From Octopus bimaculoides (taxonomy: Eukaryota): DNA of 64,000 bases. A program made the position numbers and the translations under genes. Within the stretch, counting starts at the first letter, position 1; each line of letters starts with the position of its first letter. Positions 48,812 through 61,565 of this stretch are shown piece after piece. The notes under the pieces were generated by a model that was not told the origin of the DNA, ran no database searches, and worked only from the letters and a program-made list of their open reading frames with translations. The DNA is taken from the NCBI RefSeq assembly GCF_001194135.2, contig NC_068981.1, forward strand, positions 113,461,238 to 113,525,237, in the 5' to 3' direction.

Positions 48812-51800
48812 CTTTATGAATGAGCTACTCCACATCGGTCACCGGAGTGATATTTGATTACTCTATAGAGTGTCTGAGTGTCGGTTTGGTGTATGGAATG
48901 GGAGAGCTTAACTCATCGGCAGGTAGAAACTCTTCAACCTTGGTTGGTAATCTACCTAGGAGAAGAAAATCTCCGAAACAAAACCTGAGGACTTGGAAGT
49001 TCCTAGTTTTGTCAATTTTCATGTCACATCGGCGAAAGTCTTCTCTTCTTAGGACAATAGGTGGGGTTAGTGCAGTGCAAGCTACACCCACTGAAAATTA
49101 TTCATATGCACAGGTACTTCCTGTACTCCAAATCTTAGTAAAATCATTCAATTGGTTGGTTGGTAGAAACCTAAAAATGCACTTGTAACTTATTCTAAAA
49201 TGTCTCAAACAGATTCAGTAACTGGCAAAAAAGGCTTGCGAACGTCAGGGAAACAGGTCTGGCTCGGCAGGTGTCCCAGTGTGTCACAGGCTGGACCCGG
49301 TCGTCATCCTGCCACTGTGGTCAAACGATCTTCAAGAAAAAGTAAAAATAAACATCTTTTGAATTTCGGTTGTTGGAATGTGTGCACACTTCTTGATGAT
49401 AATTTCACGAAGAGGCCAGAAAGGTGTACTGTACTTATTGCATGTGAGCTCAAGAAATATTCCCTTGATATAGTTGCGCCCTCCGACACTCGTCTCTCTG
49501 GTGAGGGTCAAGTAAATGGATATACTATCTTTTGGAGAGGTCTACTTAAGGGTCAGCGTAGAGAATCTGATGTTGGGTTTGCTTACTAGATTACATTAGT
49601 ATTCTCCATTGCAGAAATTCCAAGTGGTATACCTGAACGGATCATGTCATGCCGAATTACACTGACAAAAGGTAGGTATCTTACCGTTGCCAGTATTTAT
49701 GCATCAACAATGTCCCATTCTGATGAATCTAGTACAATTATTGAGGAAAGTACCAATTTCTGTCAAGCTGGTCATATTGGTAGATTTCTATACAAGAGTT
49801 GGAAAGGGCTATGTTTCATGGCCTGTGTTCGGTCGATATGGTATTGGAAAATGTAATAAAAATGGAGTAGCTCTTTTGACGTTTTGTACTGAGAATAATC
49901 TGGTTGTCACCAACACTCTGTTTAAGCAGAAAAAAAAATATAAAACCATCTGGATGCACCCAAGATCTAAGCACTGGCATCTCATAGATTATATTCTGAT
50001 CAGGAACCGTGATATGGAAGATGTTTCTAGTGTTCGGGTTATGAGAGGGGCAGAGAGCTGGACTGACCATCATCTAGTGCGTAGAAAAATAGATTTTTCG
50101 ATAATCGACAATCTGGTCCTTAGGTATCCAAAAAGTTAAATGTTGCAAACTTTAAATTATCAAGCGACTTGCAGATTCCACGATGTTATAGAAAGTAGCA
50201 ATATTGACCTCAACAATTTATGGGAAGATTTCAAAACAAAAGTATTTCAGGCTGCAAGTTCGTCGGTGGGATTTAAATCTCATAAATCCAGTGACTGGCT
50301 CTTAGACAGATCAATAGAAATTCATGATCTACTTTTAGAAAAACAAAACTTGAACCCCAATTCAAACGAAGCTTACAGAAAGCTGAAAAGGAAAGTGCAG
50401 ACTGCTCTAACGAAAATTAAACAGGAATGATGGAATGATAGAGCAAGAGAGGCACAAGAAGCAGCTGATAGAGATGATGACAAGGGTTTGTACTCTTATG
50501 TTAAAGAGGTATTTGGCCCAAAATCTTCCTCAATAGCTCCAGTGAGAACAGTAAATGAACGTTTTCTTCTGAGTGACACCGCTTCTATTCATAAGCGTTG
50601 GGTAGAACATTTTTCTGCTCTTTAAAATAGACCATCATCCGCTGACATGAGGATGATAGAAAGAATTGAACACCTAGTTATAGAAGAGATGGCATTTGAA
50701 CCAACTCTAATGACATTTATTTAGTTGTGAATAAGCTGAATAAGTCTTCAGTGTTTGATGGAATCTGTGCAGAAGTCTTGAAAGATGGGGGTGACAAAAT
50801 GTTTGAACTCTTAAATATATTAATTTGTCACTGTTGGAGAACTGAGAAAGTGCCTCAAGACTAGATTGATGCCATTTTAGTCTCCTTGTATAAAGCAGGA
50901 CCAAAGGATCTGTGTGGTAATTTTCGTGGGATTTCGCTTTTGTCTGTGGCTGGAAAGGTACTTGCCCGCATTTTGTTAGAACGTTTAAATACCTTTATAG
51001 TTCCAAATATAGTGTCTGAGTCTCAGTGTGGCTTTCGCTCCTCCGGGGGCACAGCTGATTGTATTTTTACTGTCATACATACAAGAAAAGTGCATTGAAC
51101 AGAATCTTGTTCTATACCAATGATTTGTTGATCTGAGCAAAGCATTCGATACCGTTAATCGAAAAGGACTGTGGCTAATTCTAAGGAAAATAGGTTGCCC
51201 AGAAAAATTTGTAAACATGGTCAGAGCTTTGCATCAAGATTTTGGTGGTAGGCTCTCTGGATCTTTTGTTGTGGAAAATGGAGTAAAGCAAGGAGACCTG
51301 ATGCACCCACCTTATTTGCAATATACTTTGTTGTTGTGTTGTCACATGCTTTTCAAAACTCTGAGGAGGGTATTTACATAAAATATTGAACAACAGGGAA
51401 CGTTTTTAATCTGACCAGACTGAAATTCAAAACGAAGGTTTTTACTTCATTCATTAAGGAACTTTTATATGCTGACGATTGCGATCTTGTCAGTCATTCT
51501 GGAACAGGTCTGCAATATCTTGCATCTGCATTTGACACAGCTTGTGATGATTTTGGCCTGACCATCAATCTGAAAAAAACCCAGTTGTAATGCATCAACC
51601 TGCATATGGTTTATAACCCCATTAAAATTTTTGGTAAGGGAAAGTTACTTTCTTTTACTTCAAACACAGATGTCATTGCATCTGCAGGCTTCACCTCAAT
51701 TAAAGCTATGATTTTGTGGTACCAATTGAGATGGTGTGACCATATTGTTCGAATAGTGGATGAACGCATGCCGAAACAGCTGTTTTATGGTGAGCTTGCA

Positions 51801-52200
51801 GAGGGGAAATGCTATCGGCGTAAACCTAAAAAAAATTTTAAGGATGGCATAAAGCCTACTATGAAGTCACTTTGAATGGTTCCAGAAGATATAGAAACTC
51901 TTGCTTCGGAGCGAGTTGGATGGCGAACAAAGATGTGGACTGGAGTAAAAGCATTTGAAGAGGCCAGGGTAACGCAAGTAAGACTCAAAAGACATCTAAG
52001 GAAGAATGTTACGATCGAGAAGGTGAATGACAATGACGTTTTTGTGTGTATAGTCTGTGATAGACCATGCCTGTCTTTTGCTGGCCTCAAATCTCATCAA
52101 AGGACATGTTAAGATCCACAAAGAGCAGAACTTATCTGTAGGTCTTGATGGTCCAAATCAGAGGTGCAATCTATGTGGGTGTCTTTTCAGAACATTGTCT
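48812..52200 (+). mobile_element. Full-length (about 3.3 kb) decayed RTE LINE: 5' UTR, APE, RT, C-terminal Zn-finger-like motif
   Basis: LLNFGCWNV, WMHPRSKHWHLIDYIL, NFRGISLLSVAGK, AFD, LLYADD, RMPKQLFYGEL and CIVCDRPCLSFAGLKSHQRTC; many stops. Confidence 0.92.
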
Positions 52201-52400
52201 GGTTTATATTTAAATGATAAACTTCTGGAAAGTTTTACAGATTTTTACAGTTCTTGTGATGGACTGGATCTGTAGTCTTCGCATTATCTTTCTCCTTTCT
52301 GGCTAGGTATAAACCTGAACTTGTAATCGGGATAGAATAATTGCAGATTATTCTCTTTTTCACTGATTATTGTAATCAGGATAGAGTAATTGCAGATTAT
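52200..52400 (-). mobile_element. Partial copy of the (CATA)n-associated RLE 3' end
   Basis: Matches 59660-59880 (atttaaatgataa.cttct.gaaagtttt...ataaacctgaacttgtaa). Confidence 0.65.
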
Positions 52401-52662
52401 TCTCTTTTTTATGTCAACATCTGCCGGTCAGCTAATTCTCACAACTGTACAGCTAATTCCTACAACAGTTTCTCTTCTCTATCACAAAAAATTATATCAG
52501 GTTTGTATGTATGTATGTATGTATGTATGTATGTATGTATGTATGTATGCATGTATGTATGTATGTATAAAAATCGTCAGTGTATCATATATCAGAAAAA
52601 GAAGCACACTCTAAGGCATAGAGCAGTAATGTATTTATATGTAGTTAAGTCTATGTCCGGTC

Positions 52663-52728
52663 TTAGAGTGACCAATGGTTTCGTATCCTCAAAGGGCTTA
52701 GCCTCATAGGAGTCTCGTCAAACTCTAA
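52663..52728 (-). ncRNA. Type I HHR motif, C3 changed to T
   Basis: TTAGAGT-TTGACGA-GACTCCT..AGGATAC-GAAA-C CATTG G-TC|ACTCTAA; perfect 7-bp stem I. Confidence 0.65.
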
Positions 52729-52729
52729 G

Positions 52730-53800
52730 CCGAAGACACATGTAACTCTTCTCTTCTGGGAAGTAGGAATCCGTTACGGTCATTTGGTCGGTCAGTCACC
52801 AAAGAATAAATACTCCGGGGTCAGCGAGAACAGGTTACCTCCCTTAGACCAGTTCATCTGGGCCAAAACAGAGGGAACAGGGGATTTTTCCCTTGATCTG
52901 CTTTTAGATCGTAAGGACCCTTCCGGGTCTGATCGGAGAACGGGGAATCCCATGCTTGCAGCAGATAGCGTTTGAAATTGATGCAAAGACTACATTTCCT
53001 GGCGAGTGTTCAGTGATCCAGGTTTTAGGGAATCTTTGAGTATCCTTGTTTGCTCAGGTATAGAAAGCTTGCAGCGTTCGCTCCCATTAATGAGAGGACC
53101 CGGCCGCTCTTAGATCTCCCACTTAATATCGTCTGGAGTCCTTTCATCTTTGAGGTGTCACACTTGGTTGGCTAGAGATGTGATGAATCGTCTTTCTGGA
53201 ATCCTGAAAGTGGGCCTATGGTTGTACAGGCGCCGCTTGAAGGCCATCCTGGCTGACCCTATATACTTCCAGGCTTTGCTAGCGCATCTCCATTGGCTTC
53301 GGATCTGGATATATTGTTGCCGCCGGTGTTACTGGAGCTGCCATCAATGCTGTTATCATTACCTGGCGTCAGTCCAGCGATATCGCTGCGGCTGTTGTCG
53401 TTGCAGCCGTTTTCACAAACTCTTGGCTATTTTTCATAGAAGTTGATGTATTGTACATGTGTATTTTACACTGTTTTGCTCATGCTCTTTTCTCTCTTTT
53501 TATTGCATGTCCTTTATGTACATTTTTGTTCTTACCATTTGTTATACATTATTCCTTTTTGCTACAGTTTATTTGTTGTTTTCGCATCTTTCCCTCACAG
53601 TCATTCTTCTGGTCCGAGGGTAGTAGTAGTAGAAGCATGTTCACAGTTTGGCTCTTTACCATATTTTGACTCATCACGTGATGATCGAGTTACCCTATCA
53701 CGTGACAGACCAGCCAAGCATTTGCTATTTTAGGAAGCCTTTCCCGCTATTTCTTCAGTGAGGTGGGTTACACGGTGGAGTTCGGATGTTCGGCAGAGAG
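52730..53800 (-). mobile_element. Degenerate Tx1-like ORF1-related sequence
   Basis: The minus strand near 53170-53240 reads ACTTIGPLSG...SHL*PTKCD versus NYTTLGPIEG..PHLWLARVD in copy B ORF1. Confidence 0.35.
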
Positions 53801-55777
53801 TAACTTTATTGTCACAGGTATTCTTTGACGCATACGTTGTTCCTATCCTCCAGCAGAAGTTATGTCTCGTATTTATTTTTCCTGTTCTATCTCGCATACA
53901 TCATCATTATGTACCAATTGCATGTTAAACTATTGTGTATATATTCTGACCTTTCTTTCAAAATGTATCTCAACAGCTTTGCCGTCTTAATGCTTTTTAA
54001 CTGGTTGAATAAATCGTCACATTTAATTCTGGTTTCCTCATCCTTCCATTATCTATACATGCAGCCTTACTCAAACCAGCATTATTTATCAACTCAACTT
54101 CAGCTGTTAAACCTGCTTATATTTTTTGTATTCTTATATCCTTTTATTACATACCCTTATTATATCTTATAGTTTATCTTATATATAGATATTATATTTT
54201 TGTTGGTTTTCGTTTCTTTCCTATTCTATAACTTATATCTTTTATTTTTTATTTTATATTTTTATTATGTCTTATGATATTTCTTATTGTATTCTTGTTT
54301 CTTTGGTTTTAATTTGTCTCGCATTGTCAATCCCAGATTCTTAGGTAAAGATATGTATACGATTGTTTCACAAGAGTATTCCGTATATAGGGAATTGTGG
54401 TATGCATTGTGTATGTACCTGTGCCTGTATGTATGTGCATATTCATATATGTGAATATACGTGTATATATANNNNNNNNNNNNNNNNNNNNNNNNNNNNN
54501 NNNNNNNNNNNNNNNNNNNNNNNNNNNNNNNNNNNNNNNNNNNNNNNNNNNNNNNNNNNNNNNNNNNNNNNNNNNNNNNNNNNNNNNNNNNNNNNNNNNN
54601 NNNNNNNNNNNNNNNNNNNNNNNNNNNNNNNNNNNNNNNNNNNNNNNNNNNNNNNNNNNNNNNNNNNNNNNNNNNNNNNNNNNNNNNNNNNNNNNNNNNN
54701 NNNNNNNNNNNNNNNNNNNNNNNNNNNNNNNNNNNNNNNNNNNNNNNNNNNNNNNNNNNNNNNNNNNNNNNNNNNNNNNNNNNNNNNNNNNNNNNNNNNN
54801 NNNNNNNNNNNNNNNNNNNNNNNNNNNNNNNNNNNNNNNNNNNNNNNNNNNNNNNNNNNNNNNNNNNNNNNNNNNNNNNNNNNNNNNNNNNNNNNNNNNN
54901 NNNNNNNNNNNNNNNNNNNNNNNNNNNNNNNNNNNNNNNNNNNNNNNNNNNNGTGGAGGCAAAGATGCGTCTCATTTACTTGACAATTTATGCACCACAT
55001 TGCAGAAATCACAATGTAAGTATATCTGAAAGGGTAGTCTTACACTGTTGTACCGTTGAATTACAAATAATGCTCATCTGTTATGTTCAGGTTAAAATTT
55101 CATCAACATCAAAAATATATGAATTTTCATGGGAGTTATGGCCGTTATACATAGAATATAATTTCCAAATTTCATAAAGATCCGTTCAGTACTTTTGACG
55201 TAGTTTTGGATAAGAAAACAAATGACTAATGTGTGTGTTTGTGTGTGATGGGTGTATATATGTATAGATATCTGTATGCATGTATATATATGTATATATG
55301 TGTACATATTACATGTACATCTATATATATCTATATATATATCTACACATGTGTATACATATATATGTATGCATATAAATCTATATCTATATATATATAT
55401 ATCTATGCATATACGTGTACATATACATGTATATGTATACATATACATCTCTTTCTCTCTTTCTCTCTCTTTCTCTCTCTTTCTCTCTTTCTCTCTTTCT
55501 CTCTCTCTGAAAGTATCTGTCATTACAGTATCGAAATGTGATTGTTTCAGTTAGTAGAATAGTTTCATTTTTAAAGTGAAATTATTTGACATGAGTGTTT
55601 TTGTTTCACTTTTGATACGTAATACTTAAATAGTGGAGGAGATATTATGTTGCCGTGGGCTCGAACTCTGCAAGAAGTTAAAATTATTTTTACTAAAACA
55701 CAACTGGAACCCTAAGTAAGGCATCTGTAAAATTTGAATGAAATTGGTTGCGTAGTTCTCGAGTTTTAGGGATTCAC

Positions 55778-55808
<31 letters not shown>

Positions 55809-55829
55809 TTCTCATTTTTATATATATCG

Positions 55830-56125
55830 ATTATCTCAGTTTTAAAAAAAACCTTTGATAATGTAAATATGTTAATGGTTGGTTACCAGAGGTAGCAAAA
55901 TTACACTAGAAACCAAAATATCACAGCCGTTTTACAGGTAGAGATACCAAGTTAAAGTGATACATTTTGAGAAGATATGAATAATAATAATAAATGGAGC
56001 AAAAGGCATATAAATAAAAGTTCCTTTAATTCCTACACATGTTTCAAAATATATGAGAGCCCTTCCACAAAGAAGTAAGAGCTGCTGGGATTCCTCATAT
56101 ATTCCTCTTCAGGGAATTCATAAGC
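55830..56125 (-). repeat. HHR-headed repeat, copy 2
   Basis: Aligns with 45030-45340. Confidence 0.75.
56028..56118 (-). ncRNA. Type I HHR with long stem II
   Basis: AATTCC-CTGAAGA-GGAATATATGAG..CTCATATATTTT-GAAA-C ATGT G-TA|GGAATT; core intact. Confidence 0.75.
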
Positions 56126-56458
56126 AAACATAAAAGCAAGACAAATACGAAATGATGAGGTAACTTACGAGCTAAGATGTTACATGGTCAGTGACCGTTA
56201 GAACGTTTGTTTACATAGAGATATAAAGGGATCAATGATATTATTCCATGGGCTTTAGGAACAAGAACGCTTGTTTATAAAGGGAGGGGGGTTGTAAACG
56301 TGATGCTAAAGGTTTAAATTAAGTGAATGATTGAAATAGGGGGAGAAAGAACAATATGTAAAAACGCACAGGAGGTTTGTATAATAAAATTTATGCTAAT
56401 ATTAATATCATAATGAAACAAAGAGTTGTATTACGACATTATACGATAAAATAAACTG

Positions 56459-56496
56459 GGAGTACCGGTTTCGCGTCTAACGCTTATCAAACTTCC
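56459..56496 (-). ncRNA. Decayed minimal type I HHR
   Basis: GGAAGT-TTGATAA-GCG ttaga CGC-GAAA-CCGG-TA|CTCC; two core changes. Confidence 0.5.
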
Positions 56497-56769
56497 AAAG
56501 TCTCAGTTTTAACTCATGGGGACGCCATTTTTGTTGTTGACAATAACTTTTGCAGTCAAGAGACGTAACTCTTCAATTTATCTGAAAATTACAAGTTACT
56601 TTCAAAGTATTGTAAGGGTCTTTGGACTGATATTCTTAATGTATACAGATATGTGAGATATATACAGAAGTTTAGGGGGGTTATTTACAAATATTTCAAG
56701 GGTGGAGAGAAGAATTGATTGTTGTTCTGTTCTAGTGGGGGTTGGTTGTTACTAAAATGAATTAATGTT

Positions 56770-57050
56770 CAGTTCTGTTCAGATGCACGGGCTGCCAAAA
56801 AAGATAATGTCGGAAGTACAGGAAATTCTATCTGCCGCCGCTGTACAGTACACCGGCAACAAACAGCTTCATCACAATATCGCCAGATATATCTCGGCGA
56901 AAATATTGGCGTATGTGCTAAACAACTGCAACCACAGTTCTATATATTTCCTCTGTACAAATTTGCTGACTGGATCTCAATACAAGCTCGTCTTAAAGAA
57001 GCCTCATTCATCCAGAAATATAAACCAGAACTGAACATTAATTTGTGAAC
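56770..57050 (+). mobile_element. Penelope-like GIY-YIG endonuclease C-terminal fragment
   Basis: An alternative frame reads FRCTGCQKDNVGSTGNSICRRCTVHRQQ...ARLKEASFIQKYKPELN. Confidence 0.75.
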
Positions 57051-57934
57051 GGGAATTTTTGAGGGACAGGTTGTTGCCCTTTCTTTTTCTGGGCATAGTG
57101 TACCGTTAAAAGCGTGAATATTTATGACAATTATACAGTGAAAGTTTTAAGACGATTCAGCAAGTATTTGAGCCAATTTCTCTGAACGGGAAGTTTTCAT
57201 GGTATTTATTGGGTATTCGTTTACAATTACACCTATCTCGTTAAACACTATTTTAATGTACGCTTGAATTGCTCTAAACGAATTTGACCATAAAAATGTC
57301 GGAAATTTAGTATTTTTTAAGGTAGTAATAAAATTAGTCGAACCTATTTTCATGCAGTCGAATGCGAAAAGTTTCCGAAATTTTCATATTTTTTACGTCT
57401 GCTTTTTCAGAATTCTACGCATGCGTGAAACATCAGACGAAAGTACATTCAATAACATATTCATACATGAAACAACGTAAACAGGCACAACAATAGCTCC
57501 GACGGCCGACGGCATGAACATACTCCCAACAAATTTTATTAATATCTTAAAAAATACTAAATTTCCAACATTTTTATAGTCAAATTCGTTTAAAGCAATT
57601 TAATAACATAAAAACCGCACTTTAAGATAGTGTTTAGTGGGCATGGTGTAATTGTAATTTTCACCGAAGACTAACAGTGTTTTCATGTTTTTTTTTTTGT
57701 TTTTCAAAATGTCTCATTTGAAAGAACGCAAGTATGTGAGACAGAGATAGATAGAGAGAGAGAGAGAGAGTTATGAGAGGTAACATTGTATGAGAGAGTA
57801 AGTTCAATACGTAATACATATATCTGGGAGAGAGAAACATCAAAGTAACACCGAAGGAGACATCAAGAAGAGCGCAACCGGTTAAGTGAGGTTGAATTAA
57901 GAGAAGCAGTACATATGTAGGGGGGAGAGAGAGG

Positions 57935-57992
<58 letters not shown>

Positions 57993-59619
57993 AGAGGTAA
58001 CATTGTATGCAGTTCTGTCAATTACCACTCCTCACACGACAGTTCTCAATAAGAGAAAAGGTAGTAAGCATGAGGAATAGTAGGAGAGTTATTGAATAGT
58101 GAGAGCGGGGTAATTCGTTTTGTCGAATTTTACCAGACTGAAAGCGGACCGGTTAATTTTCCTGAATCCCATATAGATGTTGACACTCTTTCGGGTACCC
58201 ACGGTTCCTCATGCCAAGTTTGGTCAAAATCGATTGAGCGGAAGCAAAGTGGCCACAAAGTCATGGATCAATTTCACATACATTTAGCATTTGAATGCGG
58301 TCCCTTCATATTGGAACCGGAGCGTTTAATTTTCGGGAATCCCATATAAAAGTTGACACTCTCCCGGTACCCACGGTCCCTCATGTCAAGTTTAGTCGAA
58401 ACCGGTCCAGTGGTTGCGGAGGAGTTTGGTAACAAAATTTTGACACAGACGTAAATAGCTCAATTATAGTATAGATTGTCGCATACGAAAGCTATAATTT
58501 AGCATTAAATTTGTCGGCAATTTTACCTTGTCCTTATACTTCTCAATCCAACTCTACCCAATCCAGACACTTCGACGAGTTCCTCTTTATAAACTTGATG
58601 CTAATTTAAACTCTTCTCTCGCTGGCCGAATTTTTGTCGGTAGTCATATGGCACTGTGTACTTGTTCTTGAAAAGTTCTAAATGTTTAATCTTTACCTGT
58701 ATTCATCTGATGAAAATGTTTGTGCTTTTTTTTTTTTTTGCATGATGTATCACTTTTGTTCAACAATAAAAAAAAACACGTCTGAAGCAGCTGTAGTGTC
58801 TATGTATGAGCATATGGCCGTATATATACACACATGCAGTTAATCTATCACATCTTATCTCTTTCTTTTTCCTCTTTCTTTCTATTTTCCAGCTGGCTAC
58901 TAGCTCTAAAAAGATACATTGTCAAAATCGAAATGGTTTCTTTCTTCTTTTTCTTTTCTTCTCTTTTCTGTTCTTTTTTCCTTCGCCCCCTTGTTTCTTT
59001 TTGTTTCCTTCTTCTTTCTTGTTTTTTTCTTCTTCTTTAACTTGCGACGGTAAATGTTGTGTGTGTGTGTGTATACATGTAAAATTATATATATTTATAG
59101 ATGTGAATATTTATCAGTGACTATTTGTTAGGCACGTATAATGTATAATGTGTGTAAGCACATACTTATGCATGGAGCCATATGTATACGTATACGCATG
59201 TAAGTATCCATTTATATACGCAAGTATATATACATGTGTATGTCTGTCATTATTCAGTTTATTTCAAGATTTCTTGCCAATAGAGAAAGAATCGGTTTCA
59301 AACGTAGATCCAACGCTCCTTCATTGGAATTTCAACATAACAACAGGGTGTTTTTGTTTGTTTGTTTGTATTATGTATGCATGTATGTATATACGTATGT
59401 ATGTCATTATTCAGTTTATTTCAAGATTTCTTGACAATAGAAGAAGAACCGGTTTCTAACTTAGATCCAAGCCTCCTTCATTGGAATTTCAACATCAACA
59501 ACAGAGTATTTTTTGTACATACGTATGTATGTATGTATGTATGTATGTATGCACGCATGCACGTATGCATGTATGTATGTATGTTTGTATGTATGTGCAT
59601 ATCTGTATATTTTATGTAT

Positions 59620-60170
59620 GTATTCTCATGCATATAATTACATATCTAGACATGCTCATATATATTTAAATGATAAGCTTCTAGAAAGTTTTACTGATTT
59701 TTACAGTTCCAGTGATGGATTGGATCTGTAGTTTTCGAATTAGCTTTCACCTTTCTGGTTTTGAGAAGCCTAATTTCTCGAGATTGGTATTCAAGCAGTG
59801 TGTTACGTATCCCAGGGCCCCAATAATTACAGATATAAACCTGAACTTGTAACCTGGATAGAGTAACTGCAGATTTCTCAATAGTTCAGCACAGGTGGTT
59901 CTCTTCGGCTTTATATCAACATCCGCTGGGCAGCTAATTTCTACAACTGTGCACAGTTTGTCTTCTCTATCCCAAATCCTTATACCAGGTCTGCTGTGCT
60001 TACATTTTATTGAGGTCTTCACTGGGACATTCCACCAGTACTCCTTTTTATTGTGAGTGGCTATGGCTTCTACCATATTGTGGGTCTTTATTTCTTTGTC
60101 CTCAGGATTATCCTTCTGACGGATTTCATTATAGAGTGTCCTAGCTACAATGTCATGTCTCATCGGTCTA
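59620..60170 (-). mobile_element. RLE-type retrotransposon 3' end, same family as 37105-37665
   Basis: ORF 59747-60163 RHDIVAR...EYWWNVPVK...SRPGIRIWD...EISCPAD. Confidence 0.85.
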
Positions 60171-60635
60171 TTTATATTTTCGCATATACTTCATGTTCCC
60201 TTTCAGTGGGCATCTCTGAAATCTAAATGGTAACGCCGTGTGTAAGAAAATTTTTTTCATCCTGCCAATATTGCATAAATTGAGATGACCCTACTTTATA
60301 AAATGTTCAGATGAGTAGTTCTGTAAAGCGCTTCATTATGTTACTGTACAGATATATGTGCATTTATATGTGTGCATTGATGTCTGTTAGGCGTCGTAAA
60401 ACGTATATATTGTGCAACTCATAATTGGTGTGAATGATGTAACTGAATAAGGGATATGAAACAGCTGTAAGCATATGGAATAAATACTTTTTATTCCCAC
60501 TTCTCCTGAATTTTAATTAATTATTATACACTCCAAAATAGTGATCCCTGGAGTTTCATGAGCTTAGTGACATTAAATTACAATTTAAACTTAATAGCTG
60601 TTTCCCGATAGCTGGACCCCATATGGAATGCTTAC

Positions 60636-60749
60636 TGTGAGTTCTGTTTGATTCTCTGAATCCCTAATTCTATTCATAATAATTATGTATATAGGCTTCG
60701 CACTACTTTGGATAATGTAACCCAGATATACTGGAAATTAATGGATCAT
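60636..60749 (-). CDS. Candidate 5' exon of the MMP: MIH*FPVYLGYIIQSSAKPIYIIIMNRIRDSENQTELT
   Basis: ACCACC-ATG at 60749 is in frame with a phase-0 donor ACA|gtaagc that fits the next exon (NYL...). There is an in-frame TAA at codon 4 and an alternative acceptor ttccag giving exon 60730-60636. Speculative. Confidence 0.3.
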
Positions 60750-61119
60750 GGTGGTTATCGTTATTTCTCGATTTGAACTATTGTCAAATTAGATGATATT
60801 CACATCCTGAGTTACGTTTAACTTTTTTTGTCAATATATCGTTAACGTGTATGTCATGATTGTGTTTGAGCCGCTGAGCTACACCAAACAAAACCAGAGA
60901 AGATTATGAGTGGGTTATTATCTTCAATGTAGTCATGTTATTGGAAATGATTGCTATTCTATCACTGTTAAGCAATTAATTGTAGTGCTCTCTTCTTTCA
61001 GAGGAGCTTCATATTTCTTAAAGTGACAAAATAAAGATTATCGAATAAGCAGAGATTCAAAAACTTTACACATAAAATCAAGGAAAAATTCATGTTTACA
61101 CTTGTATGTACATAATTCT

Positions 61120-61345
61120 TTTATTCTCTTTTACTTTTTTCAGTCATTTGACTGCGGCAATGCTGGAGTACCGCCTTTAGTCGAACAAATCGATCCCAGG
61201 AGTTATTCTTTGTGAGCCTAGTACTTATTCTATTGGTCGTTTTGCCGAACCGCTAGGTTACGGAGACGTAGACATACCAGCATCGGTTGTCAAGCGATGG
61301 TGGGTGGGGGAACAAACAAACATATATATACATACATGCATACAT

Positions 61346-61403
<58 letters not shown>

Positions 61404-61565
61404 GACAGGCTCCTTTCAGTTTCTGTCTTCCAAATCCACTTGGTCGGCCCGAGGCTATAGCGGAAGACACTTGCCCAAGGTGCCACGCAGTGGGAGTGAA
61501 CCCGGAACCATGTAGTTGGGAAGCAAAGAAGCAAGTTTCTTACCACATAACCTTGCCTGCTCCTA
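61120..61565 (-). mobile_element. tRNA-derived SINE with internal (TA)n
   Basis: The reverse complement has head tgtggtaag...ggttccgggttcactccc, then gcaccttgggcaagtgtctt and a tail shared with 4135 and 3001. Confidence 0.8.

Larger units (their letters stand above)
1308..54952. other. Scaffold gaps (N runs) at about 1308-1751, 23715-24482, 26374-26621, 29501-29528, 30172-30290, 35884-36288, 45341-45466, 48631-48640 and 54472-54952
   Basis: Directly visible; mostly abutting microsatellites. Confidence 0.99.

Noticed and set aside
59240-59520. CRISPR-like or satellite array
   Set aside because: Only two LINE-tail copies separated by (TATG)n; eukaryotic context with no repeat-spacer structure.
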